This document shows, one piece after another, positions 21,366 to 30,310 of a stretch of 32,000 nucleotides of DNA. The stretch's first letter is position 1. Each line of letters opens with the position of its first letter. The notes beneath the pieces are model-generated. The model saw only the letters and a program-made list of their open reading frames with translations. It had not been told where the DNA came from and made no database searches. The stretch lies in the NCBI RefSeq assembly GCF_002196495.1, contig NZ_CP021844.1; one strand, given 5' to 3'. The translations under genes were made by a program, and so were the position numbers. This DNA comes from Escherichia coli (lineage in GTDB: Bacteria > Pseudomonadota > Gammaproteobacteria > Enterobacterales > Enterobacteriaceae).

Positions 21366-21799
21366 ACCTGCAACCAGAATGTCACGGGGCCATCATTGAC
21401 CAGCGATACCTGCATATCCGCAGCGAAGCGTCCTGTTTGCGTGTTCATCTCTTGCTGACGGCAGCGTTCGACGAAATAGTCATATAACGCCTCTGCGCGA
21501 TCCGGTGATGCACCTTTGGAGAAACTTGGACGCATCCCCCGTTCGGTATCTGCGGCGAGGGTAAACTGGGAAACTACCAGCACACTGCCGCCCGCCTGTT
21601 GCACGTTGAGATTCATCTTGCCTTCGGCATCGCTAAAGATGCGGTAGCCGAGCACACGCTCGCACAGACGGTTTGCTTTCTGTTCGTCGTCATCCTTTTC
21701 GACACCCAATAACACCAAAAGTCCCGCGCCAATTTCGCCCGTCACTTCTCCCTCCACGGTGACGCTGGCACGGGTTACGCGTTGAATTAATGCAATCAT
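21362..21799 (-). CDS. dtd: D-aminoacyl-tRNA deacylase
   Basis: 145 aa [37 protein letters not shown]..., with SQFTLAAD and [11 protein letters not shown] motifs. Confidence 0.97.
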
Positions 21800-22668
21800 G
21801 GTTCGTCGTCTTCTTCTTGTTCAGCTGCTTGTTTTAGTTTGCGGTATTCCCCGAGAGTGACAGTAATTTCCGCGCCAAGCAAGACGATACACCATGTCCA
21901 GTAGACCCAAACAAAGAGAATGGGGATCACCGCCAGCACACCGTAAATGAGCTGATATGACGGGAACATGGTGATATAAAGCGCGAAACCTTTCTTTCCT
22001 GCTTCGAACAGGAGCGCGGCGACAAACGCGCCGACAATCGCGTCGCGGTTAGGTACGCGGATGGTAGGAACAATGCTGTACAGCAACCAGAAGGAGATCC
22101 ACGACAACAGCAGCGGAAAAATACGCAGCACATTGTCGATGACAGTATTGAGATCGCTCGCCCAGCGCAGGGAGAGCAAATAGGAACTGATCGCCAGACT
22201 GGCCCCTGCCAGCAGCGGCCCCAGCGTTAAAATCATCCAGTACACGGCGAACGAGTAAATTTTTGGTCGAGCTCGTTTACTGCGCCAGATGGTATTCAAC
22301 GCGCTATCGATGGAGTACATCAACAATAACGCGGTGACGATCAGCCCGCACGCGCCAACGGCGGTCATCTTGTTGGAATTGGCAACAAATTGTTCGATAT
22401 ACCGCTGAATAACATCGCCAGTAGCAGGCAGAAAGTTGGCAAAAATAAAGTGACGCAACTGAATGCTGACGTCGGAAAACATGGGAAAAGCGGCGAAAAG
22501 CGCAAAAACAACGGCAACCAGCGGCACTAATGAGAGCAACGACACATAGGCAAGGTTACCTGCCAGGGTTGTCATGTTGTCCTCATCAATGCGTTGCCAG
22601 AGTAGTTTTAGCCAGGCCCATAGCGGACGGGTACGGTGCCTGGCTTTGTCCTGAATGGTTTTTAGCAT
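21796..22668 (-). CDS. yihY: YihY/UPF0761 (BrkB-like) inner membrane protein
   Basis: 290-aa multi-TM protein with the family pattern [25 protein letters not shown]. Confidence 0.95.
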
Positions 22669-23261
22669 AACACCTTCGCGAAATAGTCCGGGATGGTGGT
22701 TTTATCTTTCACCAGAATACTGGTAATGCCCAGCTGATTAGCTCCTTCTATATTATCGGCGTTATCGTCGAAAAAGACCGTATCGCTGGGTGAAAAACCT
22801 TCCGCCTGCAAAACATGCTGGTAAATTCGAGCTTCAGGTTTGCGCATCCCCAGATCTTGCGACAGATAGATATGGTCAGCAGCATCACGAATTTCCGGGT
22901 ATTCTTCCGGCCAGAAGGTGGTATGCAGGCGGTTGGTATTGGAAAGCACCACCACGCGATGCCCCTGCTCACGCAGTTTATGCATGATGGCGATCACTTC
23001 CGGGCGCAGCGCAACAAACACAGCCTGCCAGCCGTGAGAGAACTGCTCGTAGCTTAGCGGTAGAGCCATCTCATGACACAGCGCCTCTGCGAACGCTTCG
23101 TCGCTAATTTCCCCACGCTCATGCTGATGAAACGCCTCCCCCATATGAAAACTCTTCTTAAGCGTAGCCAACGGAATACGCGTTAAATCGCTCCAGGTTC
23201 CCAGCACACGGTTAAAGTCGATATCGACAATCACATTACCTAAATCAAAGATATAGAGCAT
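22662..23261 (-). CDS. yihX: HAD-superfamily alpha-D-glucose-1-phosphate phosphatase
   Basis: [15 protein letters not shown]... with HAD motifs (DLGNV, VLSNTN, DDNADN); internal start gives 199 aa. Confidence 0.95.
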
Positions 23262-23359
23262 TTTTGCCTCCTTTCGCGCCACAAGAAATTAACTGTAGCG
23301 GGAAAGGATGGGTTTGGCTATGTGGCAAGGTATGAAGCCAGGTCAACGGTCACAAAAAT

Positions 23360-24145
23360 CTACGCGTCTTCCTGGGGAAGAATGATTTCAATTTGGCTGT
23401 CTTGTAAGCGTGATTTTAGCGCAGCGGGCGGCAGCTCGTCGGTAAAGAGCGCGGTGACCTGTGCCACGTTACCAATTTCAACCGCCGCCGAAGCATGATA
23501 CTTAGTGTGATCGGCGACCAGCAGGATATTTCTCGCGTGCGCCATCATCGTTTTCACCACGTTAGCTTCGTTAACATCAAACTCCATCAACGCGCCATCG
23601 CTCTCGATTGCGCCTACGCTTGTTACCAGATAATCAGCACGAAAATCGGCCACAAAGGACGCCGCTGAAGGGCCAATGATCCCGCTATTATGAGAGCGCA
23701 ACGTACCGCCGGGCACCATCACTTCAAAGCGCGGGTTGTGGTAAAGAATATGCGCCACACGCAGGCTGTTGGTGATTATCCGCAAATGATTATGGTTAAG
23801 TAACGCCCGGGCGACATGCTCAACGGTCGTACCAATGGTGATAAATATTGTTGAACCATCAGGAATATAGTCTGCCACCGCTTCGGCAATCGCTTTTTTT
23901 TCCTCGGTTTGCGAAACCTCACGCTGCTCGAACGCCGTATTAACGACGCTGGAAGCCCGACCCGCGCCACCGTGATGGCGCGTAATCAGGCCTTGCTCGC
24001 TTAATTTACGAATATCCCGGCGCACTGTCTGCGTGGAGACATCCAGCAGATTTGCCAGCTCATCAATATTCATATACCCACGCTCGGCGATCAGCATGAG
24101 GAGTTGGTCGTGCCGCGGGTTACCGGTTAGTTCGGTAAGGCTCAT
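23360..24145 (-). CDS. yihW: DeoR-family regulator of sulfoquinovose genes (CsqR)
   Basis: 261 aa from MSLTELTGNPRHDQLLMLIAERGYMNIDELANLLDVSTQTVRRDIRKLSEQGLITRHHGG (DeoR HTH). Confidence 0.95.
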   Translation of the reverse strand: MSLTELTGNPRHDQLLMLIAERGYMNIDELANLLDVSTQTVRRDIRKLSEQGLITRHHGGAGRASSVVNTAFEQREVSQTEEKKAIAEAVADYIPDGSTIFITIGTTVEHVARALLNHNHLRIITNSLRVAHILYHNPRFEVMVPGGTLRSHNSGIIGPSAASFVADFRADYLVTSVGAIESDGALMEFDVNEANVVKTMMAHARNILLVADHTKYHASAAVEIGNVAQVTALFTDELPPAALKSRLQDSQIEIILPQEDA

Positions 24146-24178
24146 GAAAATTCCTCGAAAAACCATCACCCTGGCATT

Positions 24179-25075
24179 TTATACAAAAAGTGACAAAAAA
24201 GATCGGGTTTGATCACAGTCAGGGATCCCGGCTCGTCCACCGGGACGCGTGCATTTCAACGCCGCTACACCGCTGGCGAAGCGGACTGACTCCGCTAAAT
24301 CCCCACCTGTTGCCAGCGCCACCGCCAATGCGCCGTGAAAAACATCACCCGCACCTGTGGTATCTACCACATCAACTTTGAAGGCCGGTTGATGTTGACG
24401 CCCGCCATTTTCCAGCCAGTCACAGCCTGCGCTGCCCTGGGTCACATAGACATGACCATTTGTGAGCGTTTGTGCCTGTTTTAGCGCACTGGCCATCTCT
24501 TTCACGCCCGTTAAGCGCGCCAGACCCGGTTCTGAAAAGGCCGCATGATCGCTTAATGCCACCAGCTCGCTGATATCCTGCGGCGTAATATCACCGTCCA
24601 GAACGGTCATCACGCCCGCCTGCCGGGCCAGAGTGAAGGCTTTTTTAGCGCCGTCGTGCCAGCGTACATCTGCCAGCACAACATCCCACTGAGAGAAATC
24701 AATTTCCTCCAACCACTCTGCGTCAGGCAGCAGGTCCGGGCTGGGGTAGTTAATGATTATCCGCTCGCCTGTGGCATCCACCATGATGGCGGATTGCGAT
24801 GATTTCGCCTGGTTATACCGTTTGGTGTAACGGGTGTTAACGCCCCAGGATTCCAGCTCTGCCAGCAGGCTGTTGCCCGTGTCGTCATCACCTACGCGAC
24901 CAATAAAATCAACCTGCGCCCCCAGCCTTGCCGCCGCAACCGCTGCCGTCGCCGCTGGCCCGCCACCAACTTCCGTATAATTTCTCGCCACGTATTTACC
25001 GCTCTCCGTCGGTAACCCTTCCACGTAATAGATGCGATCCATCACGGTTATACCTACACAAGCAACACGAATCAT
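24179..25075 (-). CDS. yihV: 6-deoxy-6-sulfofructose kinase (PfkB family)
   Basis: 298 aa; PfkB signature DTTGAGDVFHGALAVALATGG. Confidence 0.94.
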   Translation of the reverse strand: MIRVACVGITVMDRIYYVEGLPTESGKYVARNYTEVGGGPAATAAVAAARLGAQVDFIGRVGDDDTGNSLLAELESWGVNTRYTKRYNQAKSSQSAIMVDATGERIIINYPSPDLLPDAEWLEEIDFSQWDVVLADVRWHDGAKKAFTLARQAGVMTVLDGDITPQDISELVALSDHAAFSEPGLARLTGVKEMASALKQAQTLTNGHVYVTQGSAGCDWLENGGRQHQPAFKVDVVDTTGAGDVFHGALAVALATGGDLAESVRFASGVAALKCTRPGGRAGIPDCDQTRSFLSLFV

Positions 25076-25128
25076 GGTCATTCCTTAAACATTTTGGGAT
25101 GCGTTCATTTTAATTTCACCAATTGTTT

Positions 25129-25219
25129 AAAAAGTGACGGCTGTCAATTTTTTGACCATAAATTACAAATACGATCAAAAACAGACAATCAAAGCGTGTC
25201 ATAAATGACAAAAAGTGAC
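25129..25219. promoter_or_regulatory. Divergent control region of yihV/yihU with repeated AAAAAGTGAC
   Basis: Exact copies at 25129..25138 and 25210..25219, with a third at 24185..24194 upstream of yihW. Confidence 0.55.
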
Positions 25220-25242
25220 ATCACTGTATTCAGGAGAAGGTT

Positions 25243-26073
25243 ATGGCAGCAATCGCGTTTATCGGTTTAGGACAAATGGGTTCGCCAATGGCGAGCAATT
25301 TATTGCAGCAAGGGCACCAACTTCGCGTCTTTGATGTGAATGCCGAGGCTGTGCGGCATCTGGTAGACAAAGGCGCGACTCCCGCCGCCAACCCGGCGCA
25401 GGCCGCTAAAGATGCCGAATTTATCATTACCATGTTGCCGAATGGCGATCTGGTGCGCAGCGTGTTGTTCGGTGAAAACGGCGTTTGCGAAAGCTTATCT
25501 ACCGATGCGCTGGTCATTGATATGTCGACCATCCATCCGCTGCAAACCGATAAATTGATTGCCGATATGCAAGCCAAAGGCTTCAGCATGATGGATGTTC
25601 CGGTAGGCCGTACTTCTGCAAATGCCATTACCGGTACTCTGTTACTGCTGGCTGGCGGCACCGCTGAACAAGTTGAACGTGCCACGCCGATCCTGATGGC
25701 GATGGGCAGTGAGTTGATCAACGCGGGCGGTCCGGGCATGGGGATCCGCGTTAAACTCATCAACAACTATATGAGCATCGCGCTCAATGCGCTTTCGGCA
25801 GAAGCCGCCGTTTTGTGCGAAGCCCTGAATCTTCCCTTCGATGTTGCCGTCAAAGTGATGAGCGGTACCGCCGCCGGTAAAGGCCACTTCACCACTTCCT
25901 GGCCAAACAAAGTCCTCAGCGGAGATCTTTCTCCCGCCTTCATGATCGATCTTGCCCATAAGGATCTTGGCATCGCCCTTGATGTCGCCAACCAGCTGCA
26001 TGTGCCAATGCCGCTGGGGGCCGCCTCACGGGAGGTTTATAGCCAGGCGCGCGCAGCAGGTCGCGGTCGCTAG
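25243..26073 (+). CDS. yihU: 3-sulfolactaldehyde reductase (HIBADH family), C-terminally truncated
   Basis: [25 protein letters not shown]...ARAAGRGR followed by TAG at 26071..26073. The same frame then continues DWSAILEQVRVSAGMTAKVKM to TAA at 26137..26139, which would give the usual 298 aa. Confidence 0.9.
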   Translation: MAAIAFIGLGQMGSPMASNLLQQGHQLRVFDVNAEAVRHLVDKGATPAANPAQAAKDAEFIITMLPNGDLVRSVLFGENGVCESLSTDALVIDMSTIHPLQTDKLIADMQAKGFSMMDVPVGRTSANAITGTLLLLAGGTAEQVERATPILMAMGSELINAGGPGMGIRVKLINNYMSIALNALSAEAAVLCEALNLPFDVAVKVMSGTAAGKGHFTTSWPNKVLSGDLSPAFMIDLAHKDLGIALDVANQLHVPMPLGAASREVYSQARAAGRGR

Positions 26074-26162
26074 GACTGGTCCGCCATTCTGGAACAGGTC
26101 CGTGTCAGTGCCGGGATGACTGCCAAAGTAAAAATGTAACGACTGGATAAAGGAATAAATGA

Positions 26163-27041
26163 ATGAATAAGTACACCATCAACGACATTACGCGCGCATC
26201 GGGCGGTTTTGCCATGCTGGCGGTCGATCAGCGCGAAGCCATGCGCATGATGTTTGCCGCGGCTGGGGCACCCGCTCCGGTAGCCGATAGCGTTTTAACT
26301 GATTTCAAAGTTAACGCGGCGAAGACCCTCTCGCCTTATGCCTCGGCGATTCTGGTAGATCAACAATTCTGTTACCGCCAGGTGGTTGAGCAAAACGCGA
26401 TTGCCAAAAGTTGCGCCATGATTGTCGCCGCCGATGAGTTCATTCCTGGCAACGGTATTCCGGTAGATAGCGTGGTCATTGACCGCAAAATCAATCCGCT
26501 ACAGATCAAACAAGACGGTGGCAAAGCCTTAAAACTGCTGGTGCTGTGGCGTAGTGATGAAGATGCGCAGCAACGCCTGGATATGGTGAAAGAGTTTAAC
26601 GAACTGTGCCACTCACACGGCCTGGTAAGCATTATTGAGCCAGTCGTCCGCCCACCACGTCGTGGCGATAAATTCGATCGCGAACAAGCGATCATCGATG
26701 CCGCCAAAGAGCTGGGCGACAGTGGCGCTGACCTCTACAAAGTTGAAATGCCGCTTTACGGTAAAGGTCCGCAACAAGAGCTTCTCAGTGCTTCACAACG
26801 TCTGAATGACCATATCAATATGCCGTGGGTGATCCTCTCTTCCGGTGTCGACGAAAAACTGTTCCCGCGTGCCGTACGCGTGGCAATGACAGCGGGTGCA
26901 TCGGGCTTCCTGGCTGGTCGTGCTGTCTGGGCATCGGTCGTCGGTTTACCAGACAACGAGCTGATGCTGCGTGACGTTTGCGCACCGAAATTACAACAAC
27001 TGGGCGATATCGTCGACGAAATGATGGCTAAACGCCGTTAA
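26163..27041 (+). CDS. yihT: 6-deoxy-6-sulfofructose-1-phosphate aldolase
   Basis: 292 aa [35 protein letters not shown]...; synteny. Confidence 0.95.
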   Translation: MNKYTINDITRASGGFAMLAVDQREAMRMMFAAAGAPAPVADSVLTDFKVNAAKTLSPYASAILVDQQFCYRQVVEQNAIAKSCAMIVAADEFIPGNGIPVDSVVIDRKINPLQIKQDGGKALKLLVLWRSDEDAQQRLDMVKEFNELCHSHGLVSIIEPVVRPPRRGDKFDREQAIIDAAKELGDSGADLYKVEMPLYGKGPQQELLSASQRLNDHINMPWVILSSGVDEKLFPRAVRVAMTAGASGFLAGRAVWASVVGLPDNELMLRDVCAPKLQQLGDIVDEMMAKRR

Positions 27042-27056
27042 GATGGGGATACAAAA

Positions 27057-28298
27057 ATGAAATGGTTTAACACTTTAAGTCACAACCGTTGGCTGGAACA
27101 GGAAACCGATCGCATCTTTGATTTTGGTAAAAATTCCGTAGTACCGACTGGATTTGGCTGGTTAGGCAATAAAGGGCAAATCAAAGAAGAGATGGGCACC
27201 CATCTGTGGATCACAGCTCGGATGTTGCACGTTTATTCCGTTGCTGCGGCGATGGGTCGACCTGGCGCTTACTCGTTGGTTGATCACGGTATTAAAGCCA
27301 TGAACGGCGCACTGCGCGATAAAAAATATGGCGGCTGGTATGCCTGTGTGAATGACGAGGGCGTGGTGGATGCCTCCAAACAGGGCTATCAACATTTCTT
27401 TGCTCTGCTGGGTGCTGCCAGCGCCGTCACTACCGGTCATCCGGAAGCGCGCAAGCTGCTCGATTACACCATTGAAATTATCGAGAAATACTTCTGGAGC
27501 GAAGAAGAGCAGATGTGCCTGGAGTCCTGGGACGAAGCCTTCAGCAAAACCGAAGAGTACCGCGGCGGCAATGCCAATATGCACGCAGTGGAAGCTTTCT
27601 TAATTGTTTATGACGTAACGCATGACAAAAAATGGCTGGATCGCGCGATTCGCGTGGCTTCCGTGATTATCCACGACGTCGCAAGAAATAATCATTATCG
27701 CGTTAACGAACACTTCGATACCCAGTGGAATCCGCTGCCGGATTACAACAAAGATAACCCGGCGCACCGCTTCCGCGCGTTCGGAGGTACACCAGGCCAC
27801 TGGATCGAATGGGGCCGTTTAATGCTGCACATCCACGCGGCCCTGGAAGCCCGTTGCGAACAACCGCCAGCATGGCTGCTAGAAGATGCCAAAGGTCTGT
27901 TTAACGCCACCGTGCGTGATGCCTGGGCACCCGATGGTGCGGACGGGATTGTTTATACCGTTGACTGGGAAGGAAAACCGGTGGTCCGCGAACGTGTGCG
28001 TTGGCCTATCGTCGAAGCGATGGGTACGGCCTACGCGCTCTACACCGTCACCGGCGATCGCCAGTATGAAACCTGGTATCAGACATGGTGGGACTACTGC
28101 ATTAAGTACCTGATGGACTATGAAAATGGTTCCTGGTGGCAGGAGCTGGATGCGGACAATAAGGTCACCACCAAAGTCTGGGACGGCAAACAGGATATTT
28201 ATCACCTGCTGCATTGCCTGGTGATCCCGCGTATCCCGTTAGCGCCAGGCCTGGCTCCGGCAGTTGCGGCGGGTCTGCTGGATATTAACGCGAAATAA
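27057..28298 (+). CDS. yihS: Sulfoquinovose isomerase (AGE family)
   Basis: 413 aa [37 protein letters not shown]...; AGE-type fold sequence. Confidence 0.95.
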   Translation: MKWFNTLSHNRWLEQETDRIFDFGKNSVVPTGFGWLGNKGQIKEEMGTHLWITARMLHVYSVAAAMGRPGAYSLVDHGIKAMNGALRDKKYGGWYACVNDEGVVDASKQGYQHFFALLGAASAVTTGHPEARKLLDYTIEIIEKYFWSEEEQMCLESWDEAFSKTEEYRGGNANMHAVEAFLIVYDVTHDKKWLDRAIRVASVIIHDVARNNHYRVNEHFDTQWNPLPDYNKDNPAHRFRAFGGTPGHWIEWGRLMLHIHAALEARCEQPPAWLLEDAKGLFNATVRDAWAPDGADGIVYTVDWEGKPVVRERVRWPIVEAMGTAYALYTVTGDRQYETWYQTWWDYCIKYLMDYENGSWWQELDADNKVTTKVWDGKQDIYHLLHCLVIPRIPLAPGLAPAVAAGLLDINAK

Positions 28299-28364
28299 CT
28301 GACTAAAAAAACGACATATCAGGCTGCACGCCGGGTATGTCGTTATTCAATAAAGGTGCCTCGT

Positions 28365-29267
28365 ATGCAAATCACCAACATGCATTGCAGTGGACAGACC
28401 GTTTCACTTGCCGCGGGGGATTATCACGCGACCATTGTGACCGTCGGTGCAGGTCTGGCTGAATTAACCTTTCAGGGCTGCCATTTAGTTATTCCACATA
28501 AACCCGAAGAGATGCCGCTGGCACATCTGGGCAAAGTCCTTATTCCGTGGCCGAACCGGATCGCCAACGGCTGTTATCGCTATCAGGGGCAGGAATATCA
28601 GTTACCCATTAATGAACATGGTTCAAAAGCCGCTATTCATGGGCTGCTCGCCTGGCGTGACTGGCAAATCAGCGAATTAACCGCCACCAGCGTTACCCTG
28701 ACAGCTTTTCTGCCACCCAGTTACGGCTATCCGTTTATGCTGGCTTCGCAGGTTGTTTATTCGCTCAATGCACGCACGGGTCTTTCCGTTGAGATCGCAA
28801 GTCAGAATATTGGTACTGTGACCTCACCCTATGGTGTGGGTATTCATCCTTATTTAACCTGCAACTTAACATCTGTTGATGAATATCTGTTCCAGCTTCC
28901 GGCAAACCAGGTTTATGCCGTCGATGAGCACGCTAATCCGACAACGCTTCACCACGTTGATGAGCTGGATTTAAATTTCACGCAGGCGAAAAAAATAGCC
29001 GCGACAAAAATCGACCACACCTTTAAAACCGCTAATGATCTGTGGGAAATAACCATTACCCATCCACAACAGGCGCTTTCGGTAAGCCTTTGTTCCGATC
29101 AACCCTGGGTGCAGATTTATAGCGGCGAAAAATTACAGCGTCAGGGACTGGCAGTTGAACCTATGAGTTGCCCACCTAACGCCTTTAATTCAGGTCTCGA
29201 CTTATTATTACTGGAACCAGGGAAAACGCACCGCCTGTTTTTTAATATTTACGGGCAGCACAATTAA
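28365..29267 (+). CDS. yihR: Aldose-1-epimerase-like sulfoquinovose mutarotase
   Basis: Galactose-mutarotase-like protein (PLAHLGKVLIPWPNRIANGCYRYQG, HGLLAWRDW, YGVGIHPYL); ATG 28365 or GTG 28356 are both possible starts. Confidence 0.92.
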   Translation: MQITNMHCSGQTVSLAAGDYHATIVTVGAGLAELTFQGCHLVIPHKPEEMPLAHLGKVLIPWPNRIANGCYRYQGQEYQLPINEHGSKAAIHGLLAWRDWQISELTATSVTLTAFLPPSYGYPFMLASQVVYSLNARTGLSVEIASQNIGTVTSPYGVGIHPYLTCNLTSVDEYLFQLPANQVYAVDEHANPTTLHHVDELDLNFTQAKKIAATKIDHTFKTANDLWEITITHPQQALSVSLCSDQPWVQIYSGEKLQRQGLAVEPMSCPPNAFNSGLDLLLLEPGKTHRLFFNIYGQHN

Positions 29268-29327
29268 TTTTATTAAGAAAAGAACGAGATCATTGTTTAG
29301 GGTTGTATTTACACAACAGGAAATATC

Positions 29328-30203
29328 ATGGACTTTTTTACGTTATTTTCACCGGGTGGGGTCATGCTGGAAACAAACGTGGTATGTATCGTTATCGCGT
29401 TAATGTTTCTTTATACCTTTGTGGGGATATGCGCGGGATTTGGCGGTGGTTTAACCACTATGCCGCTCGTCACGTTAATGCTCCCCGTAAAAATGGCAAC
29501 ACCACTCTCGGTAATTGTCGACACCGCGACCGCCTTGTACGCCACCTGGCTGTCACGTAAAGAAACGGATTGGCGATCGGCAATGGTACTGATTATTTTC
29601 TCGTTTCTGGGAATACCCGTCGGTTTATATGCGCTGTCGTATTTACCCGACCATTTTATGAAAGTGGGCTTAGGCGGATTCCTTATCCTGTACTCCTTTT
29701 ACAGTATGTTTATTCCACGCCTGCCGATTTATGACCGTAGCTGGATCGCCGCACCTATCGGTGCAGTAGCAGGCGCATTAGGCGCAGCTTTCTCAACCAA
29801 CGGACCACCGATGGTTATCTACGGTATGCTGCGTAACTTAGGCCCGGCGGCATTTCGTGGCACTCTGAACGCTTTCTTCACCGCAAACAACATCGCGGTG
29901 ATCGGCGGGCTGGCGACCAGCGGAATTTTGACTGTTTCGATCTTTAAACTGGTGCTGTTTTGTATTCCCACCATGATCCTCGGTTCACTGGTTGGACAAT
30001 ATGTGCATAAACGTATTTCAGTCAAAGTGTTCCGTGTGATGGTCTTTTTATTGCTGATTGCCTCCGGTTCCATGTTGATAAAAGGCGCGCTGGGAATTCC
30101 CGCCGCTGCCGCACTTCTACCTCCGTTTACCTTGTTAGTTATACTGCAACTGGTATTTGGTAAAAAAGTGGCGGCAATCCGTCAGGCTGAAGCAAGTAAA
30201 TAA
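29328..30203 (+). CDS. TauE/SafE-family membrane permease (sulfite/organosulfonate exporter-like)
   Basis: 291-aa multi-TM protein with family pattern FVGICAGFGGGLTTMPLVTLMLPVKMATPLSVIVDTATAL; RBS-like AGGAAA upstream; co-directional with yihUTSR and yihQ. Confidence 0.85.
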   Translation: MDFFTLFSPGGVMLETNVVCIVIALMFLYTFVGICAGFGGGLTTMPLVTLMLPVKMATPLSVIVDTATALYATWLSRKETDWRSAMVLIIFSFLGIPVGLYALSYLPDHFMKVGLGGFLILYSFYSMFIPRLPIYDRSWIAAPIGAVAGALGAAFSTNGPPMVIYGMLRNLGPAAFRGTLNAFFTANNIAVIGGLATSGILTVSIFKLVLFCIPTMILGSLVGQYVHKRISVKVFRVMVFLLLIASGSMLIKGALGIPAAAALLPPFTLLVILQLVFGKKVAAIRQAEASK

Positions 30204-30310
30204 TCACTTATGCGGGTTTAAATTTATATCCGCACACATTCTTTAATTAATTAAACCTGTAATAACAGGATGACATGAAATATTAGCTTTATACTCTATG
30301 GAGATTATTT

